Below, one piece after another: positions 23,690 through 35,879 of a stretch of 64,000 nucleotides of DNA. Source of the DNA: Dicyema japonicum (lineage: Eukaryota > Animalia > Dicyemida); assembly GCA_011109175.1 (NCBI GenBank), contig RDEW01000022.1, positions 353,834 through 417,833 of the forward strand. The letters run 5' to 3'. The notes under the pieces are model-generated. The model ran no database searches and was not told the origin of the DNA. It was given only the letters and a program-made list of their open reading frames with translations. Position 1 is the first letter of the stretch. Each line of letters begins with the position of its first letter. The translations under genes were made by a program, and so were the position numbers.

Positions 23690-24110
23690 TAATTAGCCTC
23701 TTCCATCCTCCATGGTTACACGAAATCGATCTCAGCTCGTCCACATCGTCTCTCGTCTTTAGGTACTTCCTCACTCTTTGGAGGTCTTTGTGCGGTTTGA
23801 TAGGGAATGTATCCTATGTCGGTCACGGAAGCATTTCCCCTCGAACATGAAATGATCCTCTATTGCCACAATCGCTGAGGCAACGAATCCGATGTAGCCA
23901 AACAGATTCCACCGGGCGTCAGTGATGTGTCATGCTTAGAGGCCTACTCTTATATTTGTATAAATTCCAGCATTTGAGATCCTGACAGGCCAATTCATGC
24001 CAAAGATTTGTTTCACATGCGCATCCGTAGGTTAACATCAAGTCCCTTTAGGATCTTTGTTGTGACTGGAATAATCTTAAGAAGGATTCTGCTGTAGTCA
24101 ATGTTGTAAT
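23690..24110 (-). mobile_element. RTE-clade LINE C-terminal fragment
   Basis: Degenerate C-terminal RTE motifs (LD.F.R / WP..SN..LY / RW.LFG) across frameshifts. Confidence 0.55.
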
Positions 24111-24182
24111 CGATTTGAAAAATCTAGTTAGTTAAGTAACCCCATTTGGAAAATCTAAAACGGGGAATAATAAACATAATAA

Positions 24183-26045
24183 TTAAACATCAAACACAGT
24201 GTCATAATATGAGTCTTCAATACATGATAATTCACGATTATGTTCACTAAGAGCTTTATCTCTTATATTATCCAGACTCGAATAAAACCCTTCAATATTG
24301 AATAGATTAGACAGTCCTGGTGCTTCAAGTATTTGCCTGTGTGAGTGGTCCACTGAAGTCAATAGTTTTTCAAAATCCTCTATTTTCCGTGATTGCTCCT
24401 TTCTTCTGTTTATGTATTTCATCAACAAATCCATACAAGTCTCCCCCGTTCCTGGATTTTTGTAAATCTCCAAATTATAATCATTTCATACTTTTCTATA
24501 AGAAAGAGTCTCCAGGATTTTCTGGTGAGTCTCCGGGACCACTTTTTCAGTCCGAATCCATCGTTTGTATCGCTCAGACTGCGCACGTGGGCTGTTTATC
24601 CATTTCCTCAGCTACAATCTTTAAAATAACAACCGATCTTTGAATAACACAGGCAGCTTTTGTTCTCTTTTGAAAATCCGCTTCGAATTCCGAGTTTTTC
24701 TGTGAAACACACCTCCGCCACCACTGTTGAATCACCACTGCAGCCTCGACACGTGTTCTCAATTGATAGTCTCTTATGTTCACTGTAATACTTAACATGA
24801 TCAAATACTTGCTGGAACTTGTTGCATTCGAAAGTAATCTCTTTCCTTGAACTGACGAGAAATAGAAATCCCACTAAGGGATCTGTTCATTTCGTCGTAG
24901 AGCTCCAATTCCTCAGTTCTTTTTAGTTTGTGTCTCTGCTCAATATTGGCCCTGGAAGTAAGAAAACACCAACTTGAAGTTTTTTTTGATTAAAGTGACA
25001 ATTTTCGTAAGACTTTCAATGTCTTTTCGGATTTTGTGACCTCGCCAAGCCGACTGAATACAAATAGCAGCTTCCTCTTCTTTGGCCAACTTTGAAAATC
25101 GTCTCATTCGTCGATTTATCTCAACCTTTGCTTCATATGTGGAGATTATCCGTTCCAACTCATCGTCAAGACCTTTTCCCTCCCATTTCTCAAGGGCATT
25201 TATTAGCACTTGTTCATTTACCACCTTTTCAACCTCTCTCGAAGACTTTAGCATCCCAATAACTCTGAATAAGCAATAAAATGCCAATCTTAATATTACT
25301 ACGTAACCAACTTGCAGTTTTACTAACACTCGTGATAATAGTTATGTCCAAAAAATACCCACATAGACTACTTTGCACTTCAAAATTCAAATCTGTTTTG
25401 TCTAAATATGTAATTTTGATAAATTCAAGGCAAATATCAAAAAGACCCTCATTTGTCACACGTGAGAGCACCATTGCCGTATTTTGTATAAAGATAACTA
25501 TTTTAAAAAGCCAATAAAACCAGAAAAATCAATTTTTGGATAGTTTTCCTTTATTTTCCCCATATTAGCAAAAAGAACTTTGCACGTATCAACCAGATTG
25601 TTCTGTCGTAGTGACTAAATTATATTTGTCCAGTTTTACGTATTCCGGGAAATAATTGATATCAAGAGTTATCTTATCGATTAAAGTCACAATATCTTCC
25701 AACAAAGCTTGTAATTCCTTAGCAAATTGACTAGACTCCAGGTCCTTGGCACAAAAAACAGCGAAACTCAGAACATTTTTAATCATTTTCCACTTTCCGT
25801 AAATCGCAGAGAATTCGTTGCTAAAGAGGATGGCAAATATTTCATGGAAATCATGGGAGATGATTATATTCTTTATTATGATAGACTAAGCCTTTGACAT
25901 TGCAGTTTCTACCCTTTCTGTCAGTAATTTATTGTAAAGTACCTTTTAATGTTAAAATATATTTTTGCATTTCCTCGATGGGGGAATTTAACATTTTTTT
26001 GCAAATTTCATTTACAAAATCTTCATGAATGCAAGTTATAGACAT
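24183..26045 (-). CDS. IQCB1: IQ calmodulin-binding motif protein 1 (nephrocystin-5)-like ciliary protein
   Basis: Three IQ-type motifs in NPHP5 order (EAAICIQSAWRGHKIRKDIESLTKIVTLIKKNFK; EAAVVIQQWWR; KAACVIQRS) and C-terminal 'RQILEAPGLSNL...DKALSEHNRELSCIEDSYY'. Start position tentative. Confidence 0.75.
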
Positions 26046-26249
26046 TTCTGTTGCATGGATATTTATTTTAAATTATTATTTATGTGAGGTGGTTTTCCCT
26101 CCTTTCGATTTTTCATAGATTATATAGGTCCTCTTCATATAATTTATTTTTTAATTCCTTATTCTTGTGTACGACAGGTAGCATATATCTCTGTTGTTTT
26201 CAATATCCTCGAATCACTCGAAATATGCTTATATAACGTATCAATAAAT

Positions 26250-27800
26250 TCATTCTTAAATATGTCCAAACAGACATCACTCCAAGATTTACACAACGCT
26301 TGGCGTAATATCGACCTGATCAGTAACTTACACAAGATGCGACCACAATGCCATTCTTCTAAAGATCAAAAGAGAAAGTTTAACTACGAGGAGGTCCCCA
26401 GAACAATTCAACAACAAATGTGCAGACTGGAAACTTTACCGTACACTTACTGACAAACTACTGCAGTACCTGGATGACAGTACTTCCATGACAAAGTAAA
26501 CCACACTATCTTGCATGCGAGATCCTTGTACCTAACACCACCTTAACTACATTAGGAACAAGGTAGGTCGTCATTAATCAAGGACAGAAACCAACGCAAA
26601 AGATCTGTCCCATTAACTATTGAGGATAAGCTTAGACTGAGGGTTTTAAGTAATGAATTAAAAAACAGGAGATCAAAGCGCAAAAAACGAGATGGAAGCA
26701 TGTGCTCTCTTCTTTGAATGAAAATAGATCCATTGCTGAAGCGTGGGAGACTATTCGAGACGCCTCAAGTGAGAATTAAAGATCATCTGAGGTGGATCAA
26801 AAGGATTTGAATAATCTCATAAAATATTAAGTGAAAATATCCAATAAGGACCATAAGAAGTCGGAACATATGAAGACTGTATTTTGCTCTATTGACGTCC
26901 ACAAAGTTATTGACTCTGTGTCAAGGAGGATTCTTACTTGGAAAATTTACCAAAAAAGATCCCTGAAAAGCTTAAGGTCTGGTTAGCTAACTTCCTTAGT
27001 GGTCGGAGGGGACGCGTCTGCAATGGCCAGTCAAGATATATCTCCCGGCTTCTTCCTAATGGAATTCCCCAAGGATCCCATTTATCTCCATTATATTCTA
27101 TTTATGGCGGATCTCCCCACGCATGAGATCGGTATGATATTCTCTGACTTATGCCGATGTAATTGTCATTCGGTCACGATATCAGGAAATCCAGATTGCT
27201 ACTTCGAGATTGCAACAAAATCTGGACCGTCTTAACGAATGGTTATTGAAGAATCGCCTGTCTACCAGCATCGAGAAGTTCGTCACAACTCCCTTTACAT
27301 CAGACATGACACTGGGAAGACAGGCGGTCGATTTGAAAGCTAACAATGATGTTATCCAGTTTAGAAAATCCCGAAAGATCCTTGGGGTGACTTTTGACAT
27401 GCACATTTTATTCTCCCCCATGTTGAAAATGTGAAAAAACCAATGCTTCGAAATGTCTATATGGATTATGGAAGCTAGGAAATAGCCCTATCCTGAATAC
27501 TATTTACAACAATTCATTAAACCTGCATTTCTTATCCATGTGGCATCTGGGATCCATTCATATCTTGGACAAATGTCTTGAAGATCGAGTCTAGCTGAAA
27601 AATAGCCTCCAAAATTACGAAACGATGGACTTCTGGTGAGTCCCAGCCTCCAATGTCTCTAAAATCCATCATACGCACGGAACGTGACGTCGTGACTATG
27701 AAGATCCAGTCATTCGGCCGATACGTGCTTGTGTGGGGTCGAGAGAGAGCATCGGGTCAAGTTGAGCTGCTGGGATCACTTGATTAGTTATTTTGTGTAA
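26250..27800 (+). mobile_element. Ingi/Vingi-like LINE, internally deleted; same family as 57617-60552
   Basis: Colinear nucleotide similarity to the reverse complement of 57650-59700; 'WLANFLSGRRGRV...PNGIPQGSHLSP', 'KILGVTFD'; ends CTGGGATCACTTTGATTAG. Confidence 0.9.
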
Positions 27801-27935
27801 CCTTTGTATCTGATTTATTATTTTACTAAACTCGCTAACTCAACAAAAATTTCGCTTAATATTGATAACATTCGAATTTGAACCTCATATAAACGTATGA
27901 AGGATTTAATTCCTCAGTTAAAAATATAACCAAAC

Positions 27936-29506
27936 TCAAATTACTAAAATAATAATTAAAGCCACAAAATGTAACGAGAAACCAAGAGACCTAAAACAAA
28001 AAACATTATTTACCAATAAATTTCAAATGTAATGGTCAATGTTCGGACAACGTAGGGGATGGAGATATATCCAATCGATACAAGAGTCCAGACTGAATGG
28101 ACTGGTTTTGACAATATCGGTGGGATATTCATCCTTTTACTGAACTTGTACATCTACACGTGACCCTCCTTATACTTTAATAGTTGCATGTAAAAACATG
28201 TAAAAGTTCAAATAGAAAATATAATACCCTGCGTAGACTCCATGCCAAATAGCCATGAAAAAGAACAGTTTGATTCGTTTAAACGGAATATTTCTACTAT
28301 AAAGGATGTAACGGATCCATTTCACTGTTCCCATGTTCCAACTAGCCACAGCCTTCTGCATATGAGAAGCAAACTAAGATTGAATTATAATAATACTTCA
28401 AAACCAAAAATATCCACGTTCGTTGTTCCAGCCCACGTGTCGGTTTTTTTATTATATCCGAATCCAACCAAATTAAAAAGTCCGTCGGCTAATTAAAGAA
28501 CACTTAATACACAACACCCAGAAGAAGTAGTACTTCAATCTTGTGATGAGGATAAACACATATGCGTAAAAATAGAACTGAAAAAATGAAAAAACCGAAT
28601 CTATTTCCTTTGATTTGTCTGTGGAATAAAATAAATGAAAACCGTAAATCCACGTGGGCTCTCCATATTGTTCCAAATCAGCTAATAACCGAATAATTAA
28701 TAAAGAAGAAATGAATTTCCTTAAAACAGATTTTATGGGGAATTTTGGTTTCTTTAAGTAAATTAAGCAAGCAACCTCTATGGATTCAAAGTATCCAATG
28801 TAATCGTTGAAATGGAAGAAGGGACCGAAGAATACTCCATGGAAACTGAATATATATCCCAGGACTTGTAACAATGACGGGATTTTTCTAAAAATCAATA
28901 TATAAAGACTTGAGAACGTATTTCTTGTTTATTTCCTCCACGTGATCGTTGTAGTGACGAACGTAGTAATTTATAACTAAAGCAGATAATTTTAGAGTAT
29001 AAATCATTAATGGACTAATAATAAGTCCCCAAGTCTAACCTAGCAATGCCAGACGTGGACAAATTCCAGTATTGCATCCACGCGGCTTTGGAATGGAGTA
29101 TCCACAAATATAGGAAGGATACGATGAATGAACATGGGACTTTTATGTCATGGGGGATGTACAGTATTATCAAATATATTATCAGTGAGTGAGCTAGCAC
29201 GTGCAATGCTTCTCTAATAATAAATATAATAAATAACATTCCAAAACCTTCGTACAGTAAATAAAATCCTGCTAAAACCGAAAATATGTAGCGAATGGTT
29301 ATATTTCTGATGAGAGTGAAGCAAATGACTCTGCATATTAGTAAAGTTGTTGCATATTTGTATATGTAGAGGAGTCCATAGATCATTATATTTATAATAT
29401 TAATACTCCCTGAATAATTGTCAATACTTGAGAAATCATTCTCGGCTTTAATTGATTTCCCGTAAACATTTAATTTATAGTTTTTACTTTTAGCAAAATA
29501 AATCAT
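27936..29506 (-). CDS. MBOAT1/2-like lysophospholipid acyltransferase
   Basis: 'PSLLQVLGYIFSFHGVFFGPFFHFNDYI', 'RLKYYFFWVL', 'SWNMGTVKWIR' and catalytic 'AIWHGVYAGYY'. Ends approximate. Confidence 0.88.
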
Positions 29507-29719
29507 TAACTGTCACGACAATTGGAATTTACATTTTTAGAATTTGAATATGAAATATGGGAATACATTGTAACCGATAATTTTAACTGTTTGGGATTTC
29601 CTTAGTCCGGGAAATGGCCACTGTCTCTTAAATTAAATGACAGCTAAATTATTATTTAATTTTACTGATTGATAAAATTGACTGACTATTTAAACGGTTA
29701 ACAGGAACAAATTGATGAC

Positions 29720-30145
29720 AGTGCTGGAAGGGTTATTGACGAATCGAGTCTAAGAATGATCAAAATCCTTCTAACACAGAGCTCCTTGTGAGAGTTGGAA
29801 AAACCTACTCAAGACAATTTGAAACAAACACACGCACTCCATGAGGAGACTCCTTCTCTCCGCTACTATTCACAATATACTTGGAGGCCGCTATGAGGGA
29901 ACTGAGACCATTATACCAAGGAAAATTAGAAGTGATTTATACTGATGATGTCGACCTAATCTCCGAAGACAAAGAACTCCTGGAACATGTACTAGAAAAA
30001 GCACAAGATATACTTGGGAAATGGTTTCTAACCGTGAACAGGGAAAAAACAGAACGGACAGAAAAAAGACGAATGAATAACTAACTCGAAGAGAAATGGA
30101 GACACAAAAAAAACTTGGCTCCTTATTAGGAGATAGTGAAGATAT
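29720..30145 (+). mobile_element. RTE LINE RT fragment (same family as 50535-51353)
   Basis: 'LEAAMRELRPLYQGKLEVIYTDDVDLISED...LTVNREKTE...KKLGSLLGDSEDI'; near-identical to 50560-50800. Confidence 0.9.
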
Positions 30146-30899
30146 CATTTGCTCCTATTAGAGATGGAGAACATAATGTAAGGTCAGGAGATGTATTTGA
30201 ATGTCGAGGTCTGGAAGCTGTAAGAGTGTGTGATTTTCTGTCATTGTGAATAACTAATTGTTCTAGCTGAGAGAGGACCTGAAACCCCCTCTCATTACTT
30301 TTTTGGCCGATTAGCCAGAGCGGATCTTTTGCATTTAGGTCTCCGCAGATTATCACATTTTCAATCTTTTGCAATTCGGTAAGTTTTGGGGAGTAATGTT
30401 TCATACTGGGACTTGGTGGTGGGATGTAAATATTTACAAATGTATACCTTGTGTGGTTTATTTTCACCAAGACGGAAGTAAGTTCGATGTGATTGTCATA
30501 TTCAAACAGAGCTTGTGTCTGAGAGGAAGTATCGGAGAATGGAATAGATTTGTGTATGAGTATGAGAACACCGCCTCCTCTGTTTGAATTAGGTTGGAAG
30601 TGCAAAAAGTTCAGCTGATTTGTGTGTGAGGCCGTTTATGTTGAATTGCATGATATTGAGGAATTTCCAGTTATTGTGGGGCTCGGGGTTCTGTTCGATG
30701 TCCCCAGCAAGAATTAGGAGTAGCCAATCCGATCTTTGGGAGCGAAAGCTACGCGCCCGCTCAATAGTCGCCATTATCCAGTCCGACTTCCCAGAAATCG
30801 TTGTAAAGGTTGACAGTGGAATAATTGTGGTTCTCTTTGTTGCCAGATTGATACTGATATCCAATTTTCTCTACGTGAAGGTGAACCACATCGAAAATT
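30140..30899 (-). mobile_element. Ingi/Vingi-like LINE 5' portion: structured leader, 2A-like peptide and APE endonuclease
   Basis: 'WLLLILAGDIEQNPEP' followed by 'IMQFNINGL', 'RGGGVLILI', 'FVNIYIPP', 'IICGDLNA' and 'SPDLT'. Confidence 0.9.
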
Positions 30900-30960
30900 A
30901 CCCTAATGTTATAAACTATCATTTTTATAACGCAAATAAATCACTGCGCACAACAAAATA

Positions 30961-32594
30961 TTATATGTTAGTGTGCTGATGAGAAAAGCAGTAAAGGAGC
31001 CCCTTCGGTCTGGGATCACTTAGTTGAGAACTTTTATTTACCCTCATTCTATCTCTTTGACCCAGTGGGGCAACATGGCAATAAACACAATAATTAATAA
31101 ATTTTTTAATAATATTAAAGTATTCAGTATCAATATTATCTATTCTCTCAATAACAGGTAATTTATCACTACAAGCAGTAAACCTGACTGTAAATAGACA
31201 GGACAGACCAAATATTACCCTCTGAAAGTCACTCATAATCTGCAATCCATACCCTCCTTACCTTATTGAGGACAGTTCTTCCCTCCATGGTAGAAAATTG
31301 ACTCTACAATCATAAAACAAACAACCTCGGCCCAATCAGCAGAATAACCAATCAACGATCTCAATACCTACAAAATACACACACAACACACGTGGTCATT
31401 CATTTCACAGTCAACAGTCCCACTCCCGTCGTTTATTCTCACATCCAGGGACCATCCAGTTCCTCCATTACTTGACAACTTTCCCAATAATGTAATAATT
31501 TGGCACTACAATCATCACCAACCTAACCCTGAAAGTAACTTGTTCCTCAATCGTCTCCATTTTCTTCACCTCGGAAATATATGTGAACGGAAAATTGGTA
31601 AGGGGAAACTCCTCACAGCAAGCTTGCAAACTCAAGTCTTCCGTAAAATCAAAGTGGTACTCAGTGTCCTCAAAAATGTTATCCCTTCAATAAATACGAC
31701 ATAAACTCCTCAGAACAAGCCATTTCAAACGTCTCAAGTAGACTGTCGTAAATTTCCACACCACTTTCCGCAGATTTTGCAGGAATCTGCGGATCTCTAG
31801 AGTAAATTAGTAGAATACTTAAAGTTATTCACTTCAGCACCAATATTGTCGAAATCGTTAGCAAATCCCTCCTCTGTTCCGAAATCCCTAAGAATAAGGA
31901 GTAAGACGACAGTAAATGTTTCAGAAAGTCAGCATATTTGTAAGTAGTGATATGGTTGGACTCAAGTATTTGAATGTTTGGCTTTCTCAGCAGTAAAATG
32001 CCATTTCTGCAAAGAATTGATCCGGAAATGACCACCAGAGTAAACTAAGCCAAAACCTTTGTGCCAGGACTAAGAAGGGTAGTCAATTTAGGAATAAAGT
32101 CACATTCAGTAGCCTTGAGTTCTACGGTTCCGTCAGTCAAACGTAGTACAATTTGTTTTTTGTGCGTCTCTGTTAAAAACTACAAATACGTGTTTTGGAA
32201 AGTTTTCATATTCTTCTTCGGTTTCTTCTGTTTGGGAATACTGACTGTAGAAAGAACGACTCACATCTACCAGGGATTTTATCTGTATTTAGCCAAATTG
32301 TTAACCTGTAAAGCGAAAGTTCCTTTGATGAGGTCTTTTTCGTGGTTATAACTGGGAAGGGAAGGTTCTGTGGAGTTTTTAATATCGGAGACAAGCCACT
32401 GCTGGTATATCAACATTAAAATTGTGTTGCAATCAAATTCAGTAGTCTTTATAAGATTTAAGTAAAACTTGAAAAGAAGTAGTGAGCCACTCAGCACAAT
32501 TTGAAATCCAACTCGGAAACAATTTAGCTCCATAATTGATATTGAAAAATTCCAGTATTTTACCAACATCAAAAGAAACCACCATTCCCGCCAT
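30961..32594 (-). CDS. RMI1: RecQ-mediated genome instability protein 1
   Basis: Spliced: 'WISNCAEWL...IYQQWLVSDIK...GTFALQIKSLVDVSRSFYSQ', 'VLRLTDGTVELKATE..IPKL..LLSPGTK', 'CRNGILLLRKPNIQIL', 'FPFTYISEV' and 'GWSLDVRINDGSG...LIGYS', i.e. both OB folds of RMI1. Confidence 0.88.
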
Positions 32595-32639
32595 TATTTG
32601 AATATTTATTCAATTTTATATGAAAATAAATTACTATTC

Positions 32640-33760
32640 CATAAATAACATTCTAACAATTTCTCCCAACACCGAAAGTCCAAAATGATATTATCACTTA
32701 TGCTGAATTATCAAACAAGCAGAGACACTTAAAAACAGTGCTCTTCTCGATCGACATACATAAAGCGTTCGACTCAACTTCGAGGAAGATACTAACGAGA
32801 AAAATATTTCAATCAGAGATCCCAGGGAAGCTCAAGCTTCCTAAGTAGACAAATAGGACGTGTATGCTTCGTAGGACTAGAATCCATCTCACGTCTTTTC
32901 TCCAACGGAGTCCATCAAGGATCTCCTTTATCCCCATCTCTGTTTAACTTTTTACCTCTGACAAAAGATTGGGAATGAAGATAGTCACCATGAAGTTAAA
33001 CAAAGTTGACATTTCTTTAACAGATGTCAAAGGATCGTGACAATTGATGTGCATCTTTGTGTATCACCACACGTATAAAATATTTTTGTGAAATGTGAAA
33101 AAAACTGAACTTATTAAAAAGTTTATCAGAAATATGGAAGATTGGTACCCACCCTGTCATGATGAACGTATACAGACAGTGCATCGAGCTGTGTTTCTTA
33201 TATGCATGTACCTTATAGGGACAGTACATTTCTTGGACAGATATGAGAAAGATCGAGGAAATACAAAAGAGAGCTTTCAGAGTAACGGAGCGTTGGATTT
33301 GTGGATATCATCGAACCGGACCGACGCGTCTGGAGACCCTTATGAGATTAGACTGTAGAATGCAGGAATGCGGCTTCGTAAATTCAGTCATCCGTTCTAT
33401 ACGATCATACAAGCAAACTACCGCTTCGCTACGGCTTTCGGATTTCATGTCCAATTGGAGCCGCTTAGAACAGCCAACCGAAGACCAATGCAAACTACCG
33501 CTTCGCTACGGCTTTCGGATTTCATGTCCAATTGGAGCCGCTTGGAACAGCCAACCGAAGACCAGACGGAATTACTTTTTTCCCATAGGAAATTGGTAGA
33601 TACCTTGGCTGGAATGCCACTTGTGTGGGTAGCTTCTCTCCCTCGAACTTTGTTCTTACAGCAACTAACCCAGGATCTGCTTCGGAGAAGGCTGAGACCT
33701 TAAAGATGAAGAAATACATATGTCTCGGTGGACAGTTCATTTTTTAACCAGTCGCCGTGG
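32640..33760 (+). mobile_element. Ingi/Vingi-like LINE fragment (RT to C-terminus, deleted)
   Basis: 'SIDIHKAFDSTSRKIL', 'NGVHQGSPLSPSLFNF' and a C-terminal region homologous to the 13.9 kb copy ('KRAFRVTERWICGYHRTGPTRLE'). Confidence 0.8.
33413..33564. repeat. Tandem duplication, 77-bp unit x 2, inside the LINE
   Basis: GCAAACTACCGCTTCG...CCGAAGACCA at 33413 and 33490; one mismatch. Confidence 0.95.
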
Positions 33761-33789
33761 AAACGTCAGGAATCATAGGAAGCAGGTCA

Positions 33790-34290
33790 CTAATCCTGCT
33801 AAACATATTCGGTCTACCTATCCCTTTTATCGTTCAATCTATTCACAGCAGATCTGCCTATTCCAGAAAGCAAAAACTATAATTTATTAACCTAGCAGAC
33901 GACATTGTTCTGGCCTCGTGTGATCTGGATATTCAGATTGCCACATCAAGATTCTATTAACACCTGGGTCGTCTTAACGTTTGGTGAAAAAACAACTGCC
34001 TATTATTTAGCTCTGAAAAATAAGTCACTAAGTTATTCACTTTTCACAGAAAATTAAGCAGACAGACGGTAGAGCTAAAATTGGATAATAAAAAGACCCA
34101 TAAAATTCTGGGAATCACTTTTTTACAACGCGTATCAAGTGTGAAAAAGTCTAACTTTCTGAAAAGTCTCTCAGAATTATGGAAGGTCGGAAACCATTCA
34201 GTCCTGAATTTTGTATACAACCAGTACATTTAACCATGCAACTCTTATGAATGTGGTTTCTAGGCCCCATTAAATCCTTGAAGCTAAAAG
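33790..34290 (+). mobile_element. Second LINE RT fragment (Ingi/Vingi-like)
   Basis: 'NLFTADLP', 'ADDIVLAS' and 'KILGITF', degenerate. Confidence 0.6.
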
Positions 34291-34299
34291 TATTTTAAA

Positions 34300-35690
34300 G
34301 TTATGGAGCAATGGATTCGGTTTCCTCACTCTCTGCAGAATTTCATCGTTTTTTCGATAAATTGTAGAAGCAGCCCAAGCTCATAAATACCAAAAGAAGT
34401 CCACGCATCTTCTCTTGTGAATGAAAGAAATGGTTAACTAAAAAAACATTGAATATACAAACTTTAGGATAGTAAACAAGTCTACATTGATGAGGCACAA
34501 CAGAATATTTAGATTACTAATTCCTGAATAATAGAATGGTGAAATTGAAGAATTGACAGTGATTACAACTAGAATCAATAAATCTGAATTTTCCATACAT
34601 GACTTTAATAATATTTTTGTTATATCTTTGGACTGACAACAGATGACTTTGAAAAACGAGGCCATACTGTAGAAGAATTGAATACATTCATGATATCTGC
34701 TTGATGATGTGCAGACACTACATCAAGGCCACAGGGAAGCGAATTCCACAAGGAACAGATTATTTTCCATATTTGTTTTGGTGTGAACAAATAATATTGG
34801 GAACTGGTCTGTAAAGGGAATATTAAAGGACTTTGGATGGTTTTTGTAACTTATCGATAAATAGTGGATGATAAGCTTGTTAGCGAATTTATTGGTATGG
34901 AAGATACACCTTCCACGTCTTCTAACTGTGTTTTGATCCGTTTCAGAATCTTCCAGAAAGAGTTACAGCTTGTGGTCAAAGTATCTTATTATACGGGTTC
35001 ATCTTGGTTTATAGTATTTGCAGTGGAATAGAGATATGTCTTAGAGAATCAATAGTACCTGCATCATGCGTTCTTAACTTTTTAGCATATTCTTTGTATG
35101 ATAATAGTGTGCGAACATAACATGAGATTGTCCATATAGGGGGATGAATAGAGAATAGTAAAAGTAGAGAATCCACATGCTTAGTGATGCCGCCAGTTTG
35201 CTTTTGCAAAATTATCAAATTTCATCGTTTGACGCACCACTTTGATAATAATAGGGTTATGTTCACTTGAAAAAACATACCGGACGTTCCAACTCGATAG
35301 TACCATTGATATAACATGATGTAATATCAGGGTATGTTGTGCATCAGTAGTTCTCTGAAGAATCCTTGTATGGAAATATGGGTTACTGAGGATGCTCAGG
35401 TCACCGAGAGAGATGAGGATATATTTAGCCCGGCTGTATTAATGTTAGGTGCTTAGCCATAGTGGGTGCTTCCAGTTCAGATGACCATAGATGATAATGT
35501 TCCTTAATTTTTGTAGCCTCGATATTTTGGGATTATATGACGGGGGACACGACCCATAGGATGGAATGTAGACATTTATGAGAGTAGATCGTACAACATG
35601 TGAAAGCGAGTACTCGATCGAGATCTGTTCCAATGTTCCGTCGCCCTCGCTAAGCTAGGAGACACAATGGGAAACATCCGTGAATGAAAA
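34300..35690 (-). mobile_element. Decayed APE-RT LINE fragment
   Basis: 'LINVYIPS', 'IIIYGHLNWKHPLW', 'PDIT...SEHNPII...NFAKANW' and 'NSFWKILKRI'. Confidence 0.7.
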
Positions 35691-35879
35691 TCAAATTTTG
35701 ACAATTGTTAAATTACGTATACGTAGATTCATAAAGACGTGTTTTCTATGGGTTTAAATACTCAAGATTGTTCCTGAACAAATAGTGTAATTAGTAATCT
35801 AAAATTAATAGAATAAATCAATATTTAATAATTAAATTGGCAATAATAGTAATAATCAAAATAATAGTTATAATTGTTA

